A DNA stretch of 64,000 nt from a virus (lineage: Duplodnaviria; Caudoviricetes): the IMG/VR virus record IMGVR_UViG_3300031949_000016, positions 1-64,000 of that record. One strand, written 5' to 3'. Made by a program: the position numbers and the translations under genes. The notes under the pieces were generated by a model, which was not told the DNA's origin, searched no databases, and saw only the letters and a program-made list of their open reading frames with translations. Numbering within the stretch: position 1 is the first letter of the stretch; the number at the start of each line of letters is the position of its first letter. Below, piece after piece: positions 19,232 to 28,664 of the stretch.

Positions 19232-20644
19232 CTACATCGCCTGGCTTACCATTGGCCGCCAATCCTCCCCCTTCGCCGCCGCCTCTGCCACGGCGAAGAG
19301 TTCCTCCACCGTCAATACGATCAAATGCGGGTCGATGATGTGCGTCGCGCACGCCATCGGAATACCCGCATCCTCGCACATCCGCATGAAATACGTCTCT
19401 TCCCCTGCCCGATACTCCGCCAAGTCACTGTACGCATTCCGCCACAACCACCGCGGCTGCTTGTACTTCTCGATCAGCTGGTCAAACACCCACCGCCGGA
19501 TCGCAATCGCCCCCGCCCCGCCGCTGTCGATCGGCATCACGATGCCCTCTGCCCCCTTCGGGAAACCCACCATCGGGTGCAGCTGGCCATCGTCCCCGCG
19601 CCCGAACGCCAACTCGCGGAAGTCGTCGCCCCGCATCCGGCACAACGCGACCACCACCCCCGCGCCCATGCAGTTCGTCAACTGCTCCACAATATCGAAC
19701 GGTGGATCGTGATCGTCGTCCAGCATCACCAGGACATCATCAGGCTCCTGACTCATCTTCAAAAACAACTGCGTCAAAGACTCGCGCGCAATGTCCGTCG
19801 CCGTGTACCTGGCCTGCAATCGCGTGTAGCCCATCTTCTCACAGTGCTGGGTCACATTCTCAAACGCCCGCGCCGCCCGATCGTACAGAAACCGCTCGCG
19901 CAGCACCGACCAATACACCTGCGGCACCGGCAAGGCCGGCTCGAAGTCGTCAGGGAACCCGCGCTTAAATCTGTCATTGTACAGCGCCTCGTCCTGCCGA
20001 TAAATATGCATGTTGTTCAAGCGATACGTGTCGTCCAGTTCAGCCGTTCCCCACAAATGATGCCGATGCGTCACCAGCGCCTTCTCCGCGTACACGTAAT
20101 GCCCGCTGCGCTGCGCCCGGATGCACGCCTCCGGGTCAGCAAACTGCCGTTGATACACCGGCACCAGCAAACACCCCCCCTGCTCCCGCTTCACCCACCT
20201 TCTGGTGCAGAGCCACAGCGTCGCGTAGTCCCGCGTGATCGGTGCCCCGTCGTTCAGCCCGACCAGCCCGTCCTTATCGGGCAATGTATCCAACGCCTCC
20301 AGCGCGCACGTCAGCCAGCCGTCCCCCCACACCAGGTCATCCGAACCCGTTACCAGCAATTCCCCGCTCGACTGCCTCAGCCCCTCGTTGAACGCCGCGA
20401 TCGGCCCACTGAGATGTTCCCGATAGACGAGTGTCACCAAATCGTGCCACAGTCCTCTCGTCTCGTGCTTGTTCCACACTGCGTCCCACGTCGGCCGGTC
20501 GTCGTCCATCACGATCACAACTTCCAGCGTCAACCCGGCAGCACGTAAAATCGTCGTCGTCTCAAACAGCCGCTCCACGCACGCCACCAGCTGCGCCGGC
20601 CGCCCCTTGCTCGGAATGATTACGGATACATCGACCTTGCTCAA
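19232..20644 (-). CDS. two-domain GT-A (GT2-like) glycosyltransferase
   Basis: VSVIIPSKGR, GSDDLVW (DxD-like) and a second module VMLDDDHD...GAGAIAIRRWVF...GEETYF..C; GGAGG RBS. Confidence 0.85.
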   Translation of the reverse strand: MSKVDVSVIIPSKGRPAQLVACVERLFETTTILRAAGLTLEVVIVMDDDRPTWDAVWNKHETRGLWHDLVTLVYREHLSGPIAAFNEGLRQSSGELLVTGSDDLVWGDGWLTCALEALDTLPDKDGLVGLNDGAPITRDYATLWLCTRRWVKREQGGCLLVPVYQRQFADPEACIRAQRSGHYVYAEKALVTHRHHLWGTAELDDTYRLNNMHIYRQDEALYNDRFKRGFPDDFEPALPVPQVYWSVLRERFLYDRAARAFENVTQHCEKMGYTRLQARYTATDIARESLTQLFLKMSQEPDDVLVMLDDDHDPPFDIVEQLTNCMGAGVVVALCRMRGDDFRELAFGRGDDGQLHPMVGFPKGAEGIVMPIDSGGAGAIAIRRWVFDQLIEKYKQPRWLWRNAYSDLAEYRAGEETYFMRMCEDAGIPMACATHIIDPHLIVLTVEELFAVAEAAAKGEDWRPMVSQAM

Positions 20645-20665
20645 TACGCCTCCTACATAACTATC

Positions 20666-20693
20666 TTAGCACTACACAACCCACAAAGTCAAG
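20666..20693 (-). promoter_or_regulatory. sigma70-type promoter for the GT gene
   Basis: Minus strand TTGACT-N18-TAAGAT with TGn extended -10. Confidence 0.45.
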
Positions 20694-20731
20694 TTGGCGT
20701 GACTGTCACCACTGGAGACTAATTACTTCCC

Positions 20732-21649
20732 TTAAATAACATTGAACGCCTGATACGTCCGATAGAACCCGTACAACTTCAGCAAGTCCCGAATCCCATC
20801 TTCTAGCGTCAGCCGCGGACTGAACCCCAACGCCCGAATTTTCTCGAACGACACCGTGAAATCCCGCACGTCCCGATCCGGCAGCGACGAATCCACGATC
20901 TCAAACTGGACGTGTTTCAAAATAGCCTGCGCGATGTCCATCTTCGAGAAGTTCAAATCCTCGTGCCCCACGTTGTACACATTGCCGGCCATCTCCCTGG
21001 CGTTCTCCAGTGCACACACGTAAGCCTCGATCGCATCGTCAATGTGCAAAAACGTCCGCTTCGAGTGCGCCGCGAACAGCACCAGCGACCGGTCGTTAAT
21101 CGCTCGATAGGTGAAGTCGTTCACCAGCAAATCATCCCGCATTCTGGGACTCACCCCGAACACCGTCGCAAACCGTAGCGAAATCGAATTGTCCCGCTCC
21201 TGCACGATCTGCTCCCCGGCGTGCTTCGTCTGTGCGTACAGACTGTGCGGCGTCACCGGCGTCGTCTCGTCGCATACGCCCGCCACCGCGCCATAGATCG
21301 AAGTCGTCGAAGCGTAGATCAACAGTGACTTAGGCGCAATGGTGTTCACCAACTGCTGCGTCGCATCCACGTTGATCGCCTGCGCCGACGACGGATTCGC
21401 CGCACACGCCGGCATCCCGCTCAACCCCGCCAGGTGGTACACCACGTCGAACTCCTCCATCACCTTGCGGTGCAAATTGCGGATGTCCATCTTGAAAATT
21501 TTCAGATTAGGCTCCGCCACCAAGTGCAGCACCGGCCCATACCCGTACATGAAATTGTCGAGCAGTGTCACCGCATGGCCACCCGCCAGCAGCCGCTTCA
21601 CCAGCCGCACCCCCTTATACCCGGCCCCGCCCGTGACGAGAATATTCAT
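20732..21649 (-). CDS. NAD-dependent epimerase/dehydratase (extended SDR)
   Basis: ILVTGGAGYKG, HLAG, YASTTSIYG, YAQTK and LRFATVFG. Confidence 0.9.
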   Translation of the reverse strand: MNILVTGGAGYKGVRLVKRLLAGGHAVTLLDNFMYGYGPVLHLVAEPNLKIFKMDIRNLHRKVMEEFDVVYHLAGLSGMPACAANPSSAQAINVDATQQLVNTIAPKSLLIYASTTSIYGAVAGVCDETTPVTPHSLYAQTKHAGEQIVQERDNSISLRFATVFGVSPRMRDDLLVNDFTYRAINDRSLVLFAAHSKRTFLHIDDAIEAYVCALENAREMAGNVYNVGHEDLNFSKMDIAQAILKHVQFEIVDSSLPDRDVRDFTVSFEKIRALGFSPRLTLEDGIRDLLKLYGFYRTYQAFNVI

Positions 21650-21870
21650 GCGCTCACCCTATCTTCAACCAGTTGGGATACAGCGTATGAATCAATGAGA
21701 TCCACATTGAGTTCGGCACCGCTCACAAACGGCTCGCACGCCAGGCAAACAAAAATCCAACCGACTATCTTGCCCTGATTGCGGTGAGCCATCATTCTAA
21801 GATCACTCGTCGATAGGCATCGCACACAATGAACCGTGTACTCTGAATCATTTGCAAAGATATTGTCCAT
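21646..21870 (-). CDS. small Zn-finger-like protein
   Basis: CVRC...CLAC; AAGGA RBS; ATGA overlap with the next gene. Confidence 0.55.
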   Translation of the reverse strand: MDNIFANDSEYTVHCVRCLSTSDLRMMAHRNQGKIVGWIFVCLACEPFVSGAELNVDLIDSYAVSQLVEDRVSA

Positions 21871-21923
21871 GAAACCATCCTTATCTTATCTGTGTGAAGG
21901 GCTGCGCGAGAACGAATTACTAA

Positions 21924-22679
21924 TTACTCGTTACTAATTACTCTCCCAAACGACAACACCCCGTCATTCCTCTTCGTCCCCACCACCCCATTCACGGTAT
22001 AGAGACTGAGTATCGTGGCCCGATCGTGCTCCCAATACCGATTGCCCAGCCGCATCCCCGTCGGCGTCTGACCCTGCACCGCCACATGCTCCGTGCATCG
22101 CCCGCCTTCGACAAACACCGTCTTCACCCCGTGCGCCCACATCCGCATGTACATATCCAACTCCCACTGCATCCCGTTGAACCTGCGGTCGGCCCCCCCC
22201 AACCGGTGATACAACTCCCGGCTGTACATCCCGCACACCGGCAGCAACGGAAACGTCTCGCTCGGCTGCCCCAGCAAATTCTGGTAAGCCGTCATGTCGA
22301 CGTCGTCAATGTAATAGTGGCAACTCGCCATGAAGACCATAGGACAATCCCCATCTGTGCGAATCCCCAGAATCTGTGGACTCGCATCCTTCCACGCCGC
22401 GTACATCAAATCCACCGCCCCCGAGCTGTACACCACGTCATCCGCCGCCTGTAGCAGCGCCTCCCCCCGGCTCGCCCGCGCCGCCATCTCAAAGCACGCC
22501 GCCGGCTTCGCCTCCGAATAGATGAAGCGAAAGTTATCCGGCAGCGTGTACTCCGGCCGATTGTTCCCCACGAACACCACCTCGAACTCCACGGCATTCG
22601 TCGCCCGGATCCCCTCGACCCACGCCATCCACAACTGCGTCCGCACCGCCGACGCGAAGATGCTAACCTCTGGCCTCAT
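21924..22679 (-). CDS. GT-A (GT2-like) glycosyltransferase
   Basis: VSIFASAVR, VVFVGN, QAADDVVY and GMYSRELYHRLGGAD..F....ELDMYMR. Confidence 0.8.
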   Translation of the reverse strand: MRPEVSIFASAVRTQLWMAWVEGIRATNAVEFEVVFVGNNRPEYTLPDNFRFIYSEAKPAACFEMAARASRGEALLQAADDVVYSSGAVDLMYAAWKDASPQILGIRTDGDCPMVFMASCHYYIDDVDMTAYQNLLGQPSETFPLLPVCGMYSRELYHRLGGADRRFNGMQWELDMYMRMWAHGVKTVFVEGGRCTEHVAVQGQTPTGMRLGNRYWEHDRATILSLYTVNGVVGTKRNDGVLSFGRVISNE

Positions 22680-22680
22680 C

Positions 22681-22968
22681 CTAAATCTCTATCCGATCAC
22701 GGATCGCATTAAGCCGCGCAACCTGATCCATAATCTTATTGAACTTCACCAACAGATCAGTCGCCAACGGCACCAGTCGCTCCGCCTTACCCAACTCGAG
22801 CGGGGTCGGTTTCATATTCTCCTCATCTCTCAGAACAGCAGTCAGGCGACTCTCAAGAACATTGATAGCCTCGATCAGTTCCGCAATACCCTTTTCGAGC
22901 AGAGCCGTATGCCTGACAACCTGCGCCTCACGTTCCGGTGTAGCATTACCGTATTGATTAGTAGCCAT
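22681..22968 (-). CDS. small coiled-coil hypothetical protein
   Basis: 95-aa helical ORF with AAGGAG upstream. Confidence 0.55.
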   Translation of the reverse strand: MATNQYGNATPEREAQVVRHTALLEKGIAELIEAINVLESRLTAVLRDEENMKPTPLELGKAERLVPLATDLLVKFNKIMDQVARLNAIRDRIEI

Positions 22969-22969
22969 G

Positions 22970-23215
22970 TTACCTTATCTCCTTATCTTTTCTGACAATT
23001 CCGCTGGATGCTAATGTCACTCTGCCTTTATCAATTACACTAACGACATCCGCAAGAATATCATCGGCTCTGTCGGGTATTGCTCCCCCGCACCGCCCAC
23101 ACACGCCGCCCAGCGGTCCCCTTCCCTTTTGTGGACCACATCGGCACCAATCGGCATCGACCATCTTAACCATACCGTCCTGCGTCAAATAAGGACGTTG
23201 TACGTTGGCACTCAT
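22970..23215 (-). CDS. small Cys-rich hypothetical protein
   Basis: WCRC...CGRC motif; fills the gap in the operon. Confidence 0.5.
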   Translation of the reverse strand: MSANVQRPYLTQDGMVKMVDADWCRCGPQKGRGPLGGVCGRCGGAIPDRADDILADVVSVIDKGRVTLASSGIVRKDKEIR

Positions 23216-23408
23216 TGCTTCACGCCTTTCTTGGCATACTTCACTGTTTGCCTAAACCCACACCACTTACACCACAACTGCGTATCGCCTTCTGGGTAGA
23301 TAGGCGGCGCGTAGTGCCAGTGATGCCTGTGAGCGAATCGCACGATAAGTCGGTAAAAGAATGCGTACATGGTACCAGTACAATTACTAATCTATAATTA
23401 CTTCTTCC

Positions 23409-24341
23409 TCACACCGGCTTCCACACCACCAGCGAATGCCCCTCCAGAAAATACGACCCCGAATAAGTCCGCTTTGCCTCGATGATCTCCACCTTCCCGT
23501 GCGCCTCCAACTCCCGCAGCCGCGGCAGGAATCCCCGCAGATACTTCCGCTTCCGGCAGTACAGCACCGACAACTGATCGAGCAAACTATCCTCATCCAT
23601 CAGCTCGTCAATCGGCTCCAGATGAACGCACACCGCCGGCCGCCGCTCGATCAACCACTGCAAGAACACCTCGAACCGATCCCCCACCTGCTCCAGCGCC
23701 GCCACCGTCAGCACCCCCGTGTTATTCGTCATCCCCACCAGGTTGTCGGGGTCGTAAAAGTTGAAATGCCGCCCCACGATATTCGTCTCAATCCCCAGCT
23801 TCACTACTTCCTTAATGATCAACTGCGTCGTCGGCACCCAATCCAACCCCACCAACCGCGCCGTTGGATTGAACCGCCGCGCCCGCAGCAAATGGTACGC
23901 CGGCCCGCACCCGAACTCCATGATCGTATCCACCTGGCTCAACCACGTCTCGATCGCCCAATCCACAACCAAACAATGGATCTTGTAATCGAACCTCTCG
24001 GTGAGCGGCCGGACAATGTTCTGATTCCACCGCACCAACTCGTGCTTCCCGTGGTAACGCGGCACCAGCGCCTCCGGCTGCCGGCCCTCGCGCAGCGCCT
24101 GCAAATTCTCCCTCCAACCCGTCTCCCACTCCGCCTGCCGGTTCACCCCCGCCGCGATCAAATCATCCCGCACCAGCGTCCGCACCACGTCCAATAGATA
24201 CCGCTCCCGCTCCTCCTCGTTGAGCACCGCATACCGAAGTTCCGCCGCCTCGCACTGATCTTGCAGGGCTGGACTCAACAGAGTAACCAACACATGCCCA
24301 AAAAACTCTGGCGTAATGAGAAACCTGTTCAACTCGTCCAT
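23409..24341 (-). CDS. class I SAM-dependent methyltransferase-like protein
   Basis: MEFGCGPA motif I, VGLDW and TVAALEQV; inside the sugar cluster. Confidence 0.7.
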   Translation of the reverse strand: MDELNRFLITPEFFGHVLVTLLSPALQDQCEAAELRYAVLNEEERERYLLDVVRTLVRDDLIAAGVNRQAEWETGWRENLQALREGRQPEALVPRYHGKHELVRWNQNIVRPLTERFDYKIHCLVVDWAIETWLSQVDTIMEFGCGPAYHLLRARRFNPTARLVGLDWVPTTQLIIKEVVKLGIETNIVGRHFNFYDPDNLVGMTNNTGVLTVAALEQVGDRFEVFLQWLIERRPAVCVHLEPIDELMDEDSLLDQLSVLYCRKRKYLRGFLPRLRELEAHGKVEIIEAKRTYSGSYFLEGHSLVVWKPV

Positions 24342-24354
24342 TACTAATTACCAC

Positions 24355-25416
24355 TTACCTTTCGTATATTCCCCTCTGCCACGCGATCGTCCGCGCCAAC
24401 CCCTCCGGCAACCCCATGAACTCCACCGGCCCGAACTCGTCCGCGTATCGGCTGATGCTCATCTGCCCGTTACCCACTGCGCCGGCCACCCGGTCCCGAT
24501 CGTCGGGTGGTACAATCACCGGCACCCCCAGCCACCGCCCGATCAGATTCGCCAGTTCCACGATCGTCGTCCCCGAAATTCCACCCACGTTGTACACGGG
24601 ATAGCCCCCCTTATTTGGTGGGGTCGCCTGCTTGCCATCCAACAATATCATCCACAGCATGTGTACGGCGTCCGCCACGTAACAATAAGTCCTATTCGCC
24701 TCACCCCGATCGCGCAGCCGAATCTCGCCCTTGCTTAGCGCCTGCTCGATAAACGAATTGAGAACGCGCGCATCCCCCGTCCGCGTCCCAGGCCCGTAAG
24801 CCAGGCTAAGCCTGGCGACCTTCGCGTCGACCCCGTGCGTGCGATAGGCGTGGCACATCGCCTCCCCGCACCGCTTGCCCTCGATGTAACTCGACCGCAG
24901 ATGCGCCGGCGTCGTCGTCCCGATCTGGTCTTCCCCGTAGGGCGAATCATTCAACCCGCTATACACCTCACTGCTGCTGCAAAAAAGAAAATGCCCGCCA
25001 GGGATCACCTTATCGAGCAATGCACACGTCACCGCTGTATTCAATTTTAGCGTAGCCACTGCCTCATCAAGGAACTTCATCGGCTGCCCGTATGTCGCTG
25101 CATGGACAATCACGTGCGCACGTGGCAAACTATCCATCAACTCCCGCTCGTTAAGGTCGCCGGTCAAAAATGTCGCCAACCCGCTCTCAGCGTAGGGTCT
25201 GAGGTGTTCTGGCACGCTGCTCCTGACCACGGCCACCACGTCGATCGGAATCCCCAACTCCATCTGGCAATACGCCAGCCCCATCAACATCTGCGTCCCG
25301 ATCAACCCCGAGGCCCCCGTCACCAGCACCGTCTTGTCGGCCAGCCTCTCAACCGGAACCCCGGTCAGGCTGCGCGCCGCGTCCTCTTCCAGCAAGTCAA
25401 TCCTACAAGCGGACAT
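24355..25416 (-). CDS. NAD-dependent epimerase/dehydratase (UDP-glucuronate decarboxylase-like); start MSACR
   Basis: VLVTGASGLIG, HAATYGQP, SSSEVY, YIEGKR and YGPG...D.RV. Confidence 0.88.
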   Translation of the reverse strand: MSACRIDLLEEDAARSLTGVPVERLADKTVLVTGASGLIGTQMLMGLAYCQMELGIPIDVVAVVRSSVPEHLRPYAESGLATFLTGDLNERELMDSLPRAHVIVHAATYGQPMKFLDEAVATLKLNTAVTCALLDKVIPGGHFLFCSSSEVYSGLNDSPYGEDQIGTTTPAHLRSSYIEGKRCGEAMCHAYRTHGVDAKVARLSLAYGPGTRTGDARVLNSFIEQALSKGEIRLRDRGEANRTYCYVADAVHMLWMILLDGKQATPPNKGGYPVYNVGGISGTTIVELANLIGRWLGVPVIVPPDDRDRVAGAVGNGQMSISRYADEFGPVEFMGLPEGLARTIAWQRGIYER

Positions 25417-26311
25417 GAGATAATCCCCATCCTGGGGAGGAATTGATGAACTCCTCAATCCGCGCCCTGATCTGATAGCCCAACAACTCGCCCTCTTTAT
25501 CGTTCTCCTCCGCCGTCCCGTAATGATTCATGAACATCTTCGGAACGCCAATCGACAAAAGTGCGGCATTCACGACGTTAGTGACATCGTGTGCCATCGT
25601 CCCTCTATAGAACGGCTCGACAACTACCACCTTACCAGACCGGCAGTGGTCTATAATCGCCTCGAAATCGAACGGCACCACCGTCGTGTAATACAACACC
25701 GTCACATCCAGATACTTCGTCGCCTCCATCACCCGATCCAGCATCGGCCCCACCGCGATGACGGTCGCCAGCGTTCCCCGCTTCACCACCACCGCCTTCC
25801 CGAAATCGATCGGGCTGCAACTCATCGCATTGCATCGCTCACTCAGCCGGAAGTACGTCGGCCACAGGTCGTCATACGCCCACTTGAACAGCTGGTCGAA
25901 CTCGTCCGGCGTCCCCGGCACCACAATCTCCATGACCGGCAGCGTCTTCAACAACGCCACGTCCCCCGGCGCATGATGCGTACACCCCAGGCTAGCATAG
26001 TCATACGATGCGCCCACGCTAACGATATTCACCGGCAATGATTGGTAGCACACATCGTCCTTCAACTGCTCGAAACACCGCTCCACCGCGAACGGCGCGA
26101 TCGTATGAATGACGGGTCGCAGCCCCTCCATCGCCAGCCCCGCCGCCAATGACACCATCGCCTGCTCGCAAACCCCAACGTTGATCACGCGCGCCGGCCA
26201 CTTTTCAGCCGCCTCCCGGAACCCCCACACCCCGATGTCGCCCAGCAGCAGCACCAGCCGCTTATCGTGCGCCATCAACTCCATGATCGTCTTAACGAAT
26301 TGCTTCCTCAT
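25403..26311 (-). CDS. split transketolase, C-terminal (pyrimidine-binding + C) subunit
   Basis: LLLGDIG, NVGVCEQAMV, EQLKDDV, LGCTHH and TYFRL. Confidence 0.92.
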   Translation of the reverse strand: MRKQFVKTIMELMAHDKRLVLLLGDIGVWGFREAAEKWPARVINVGVCEQAMVSLAAGLAMEGLRPVIHTIAPFAVERCFEQLKDDVCYQSLPVNIVSVGASYDYASLGCTHHAPGDVALLKTLPVMEIVVPGTPDEFDQLFKWAYDDLWPTYFRLSERCNAMSCSPIDFGKAVVVKRGTLATVIAVGPMLDRVMEATKYLDVTVLYYTTVVPFDFEAIIDHCRSGKVVVVEPFYRGTMAHDVTNVVNAALLSIGVPKMFMNHYGTAEENDKEGELLGYQIRARIEEFINSSPGWGLSHVRL

Positions 26312-26341
26312 CCCTTTGCTTCTTTGCCCCTTTGCGTGAGA

Positions 26342-27184
26342 TCATTCCAACTCTGCCAGAATAGCCGTCAGTTCCTCTTTGTTCGGTGCCCGATGATGCC
26401 ACGCCGGATTGTTCTCCATCTCCTTCACCCCGTTGCCCTTGATCGTGTTTGCCACAATCACCACCGGCTGATGCTCCGGCTGCCACTGCATAGCCGCCAC
26501 AATAGATTTATGGTCATGCCCGTTGATGCTCACATCGAACCACCCAAACGCCCGAAACTTCTCCGCGATATTCCCCATCCGCAGCGCCCGGTCCGTCGAG
26601 TGGTTATAGTCCACAATGACAGTAAGATTGCCTAATTCATGATGCGCCGCCAGCAGCGCCGCTTCCCAGATCGAACCCTCGTTGCACTCCCCATCACCCA
26701 CCAGCACCACCACCCTACTTGCCCCATCCCCTTTGCCCCTTTGCCCCTTTGCGTGAGCCTCTTTTATCTTCAACCCTAACGCCATCCCCACGCTCATCGG
26801 CAGCCCGTGCCCCAGACTCCCCGTGCTCGCCTCAACCCCCGGCACCTTATTCCGATCGGGATGTCCCCCCAGCCTGCTATCGAACTGTGCGAAGCCCTCC
26901 AATTCATCCACCGGAAAGAACCCCTTCTCGGCCAACACCGCATACAGCGCCAGGCAACCGTGCCCCTTGCTCAGTACGAACCGATCCCGCTCCTCCCACC
27001 GTGGCTTCTGTGGATCGACCCGCAGCACCTTGTCATACAGCACCCACACCAAGTCCAGGATACTCAGTGCGCTGGCGATGTGCCCCTCGCCGGCCTCGTA
27101 TGCCATCTGCACGATCCGCCTCCGTAAATTGTTGAGCACCACCGCGCCACCCTCCCCTTGGAGTGGAAGTTGAAGTGCGTCCAT
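26342..27184 (-). CDS. split transketolase, N-terminal TPP-binding subunit (start MDAL)
   Basis: GHIASALS, RDRFVLSKGHG, GHPD, STGSLGHGL, GDGECNEGSIWEA and WHHRAP; AGGAG RBS. Confidence 0.93.
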   Translation of the reverse strand: MDALQLPLQGEGGAVVLNNLRRRIVQMAYEAGEGHIASALSILDLVWVLYDKVLRVDPQKPRWEERDRFVLSKGHGCLALYAVLAEKGFFPVDELEGFAQFDSRLGGHPDRNKVPGVEASTGSLGHGLPMSVGMALGLKIKEAHAKGQRGKGDGASRVVVLVGDGECNEGSIWEAALLAAHHELGNLTVIVDYNHSTDRALRMGNIAEKFRAFGWFDVSINGHDHKSIVAAMQWQPEHQPVVIVANTIKGNGVKEMENNPAWHHRAPNKEELTAILAELE

Positions 27185-27200
27185 ACTATAACTCCTATCC

Positions 27201-27253
27201 CAAACAAAAAAGCGCCGACACCTCCCGCAGAGGCTCGGCGCTTTCAGTTCCGC
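27201..27253 (-). ncRNA. leader hairpin motif, variant copy upstream of the sugar operon
   Basis: CGGAACTGAAAGCGCCGA-[hairpin]-TCGGCGCTTTTTTGTTTG. Confidence 0.5.
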
Positions 27254-27540
27254 ACAGAACAAGTTATTCGATTAGGATCGGCCTTCCACCATTCCGGCCG
27301 TGTTATCGGTTTACGGCTTGCAATCTCATCAAGTTCTCTCGTCGGATTAGTTTGTAGAGATTGCTCAGGCAACTAGCACCGACTTACAGTCCCAGTCATT
27401 TACATCTCGTGGAACTGGTTACGGTGGCCTAGTCCTTGCCCAACTATTAAAAATAGTTTATCGAATTATTTCCGCCCGTGCCTACTGCGGTGATCACGGT
27501 CTTCCCCAGTTTCACCTTCTGCCGGCTCAGCACGGTCGGT

Positions 27541-27708
27541 CTACCCCTGCAAAGTCAAACCTGTTCTGACTGCCCATCGCGTTTCATTGAACACAAACCG
27601 CACCGCCTTGTCCTGCAAGCACTCGCTGCATATTCCAAAATCGTGCGGATGATTCGCGCGGGCTTCTAGTTCGGGATGCTTTGCCAGACATTGGTCACAA
27701 AGTCTCAT
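27541..27708 (-). CDS. 55-aa Zn-finger-like protein (below the ORF-track cutoff)
   Basis: My translation is MRLCDQCLAKHPELEARANHPHDFGICSECLQDKAVRFVFNETRWAVRTGLTLQG*. Its ATG overlaps the upstream stop (ATGA). Confidence 0.6.
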   Translation of the reverse strand: MRLCDQCLAKHPELEARANHPHDFGICSECLQDKAVRFVFNETRWAVRTGLTLQG

Positions 27709-27899
27709 GGTGTTTTCCTGTCCACCAGCCCTGTTTCAACTGCGGTCTGGCTGGCGGTTTTAACCCGCTGGGGCAATTGTGCAAGAGCGGCTTTAGAAAA
27801 GTTCACGGCATACCATTCCAAATTAGTAGAAGGAACAACCTGTGATAGTTTTTCAAAGTGATCAATAACTTCTTTCAACCAACCGGAAATGTATGTCAT
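27705..27899 (-). CDS. small hypothetical protein
   Basis: 64-aa ORF, more AT-rich than its flanks, coupled to both neighbours. Confidence 0.5.
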   Translation of the reverse strand: MTYISGWLKEVIDHFEKLSQVVPSTNLEWYAVNFSKAALAQLPQRVKTASQTAVETGLVDRKTP

Positions 27900-27911
27900 G
27901 TTAGATCCAAA

Positions 27912-28145
27912 CTATCCCCGCTTCACCCTTCTCGGCACCGTCAAGATCGCCAGGTTACGTTGATCCATAAACTTGAAAAGGTCAGACGTCCGGCCGATGA
28001 CCAGCCACTGTGTCTTGGTCACTACCCCATTCCCCGCCGCGATCTCCACGTCGAGCACATCGTCAACTTTCCAATCCGCCGGCCGCCCGGCCCCCGCTCG
28101 CCGTCCCCCCCGTTGAAATGGTTTCTTGATCCGTCGTGTCCCCAT
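27912..28145 (-). CDS. small basic protein with GGRRAGAGRP (AT-hook-like) motif, leaderless
   Basis: Promoter TTGACT(28180-75)-17-TATACT(28157-52) lies 6 nt before the ATG. Confidence 0.65.
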   Translation of the reverse strand: MGTRRIKKPFQRGGRRAGAGRPADWKVDDVLDVEIAAGNGVVTKTQWLVIGRTSDLFKFMDQRNLAILTVPRRVKRG

Positions 28146-28151
28146 GCCATG

Positions 28152-28222
28152 AGTATACTTGAATAATCATCCCAAGTCAAATGCCACGACACGTTGATTT
28201 TTCGAACGGACTGAGGTACACT
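28152..28222. promoter_or_regulatory. back-to-back divergent sigma70 promoters, both leaderless
   Basis: Minus: TTGACT-17-TATACT-6-ATG. Plus: TTGATT(28194)-17-TACACT(28217)-6-ATG(28229). Confidence 0.65.
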
Positions 28223-28228
28223 ATCCCC

Positions 28229-28639
28229 ATGATCTCATTCCCTACCTACACATTAAACATCCCCACCCACTACCTAGCGCCCAAACGCAACGCCCCCCGT
28301 CGCCTGCGTCGTCTCCTCCTCCGTCTCCGCAACTTCCTAAACACCTTCGATGACAACGTGGAAGCGCCCTACACCGTCGTCACGCTCGATACTCGCAAAC
28401 TCATGGACATGATCAACGATCACGCCTACGACATCCGCCGCAGAACCGGTGCCGACCCGAAGTACATCATCATGGGACGCGATAAGTATTACCAACTCAC
28501 AGGAGAAATAGCCCAACGCTCCCCAAGGATCATTGATCTCACCACCCCCACCACCAGCGTTATGGGCATGTCCCTCATCGTCGTCCCCTGGATCGACGGC
28601 CTCTTCTGCCTCCCCGACCTCGACTCCCTCCGCGCCTAA
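28229..28639 (+). CDS. hypothetical protein (start moved to MISFPT)
   Basis: The ATG lies exactly at the predicted +1 of the plus-strand promoter. Confidence 0.65.
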   Translation: MISFPTYTLNIPTHYLAPKRNAPRRLRRLLLRLRNFLNTFDDNVEAPYTVVTLDTRKLMDMINDHAYDIRRRTGADPKYIIMGRDKYYQLTGEIAQRSPRIIDLTTPTTSVMGMSLIVVPWIDGLFCLPDLDSLRA

Positions 28640-28664
28640 TTACCAATTACCAGTTACCAATTAC

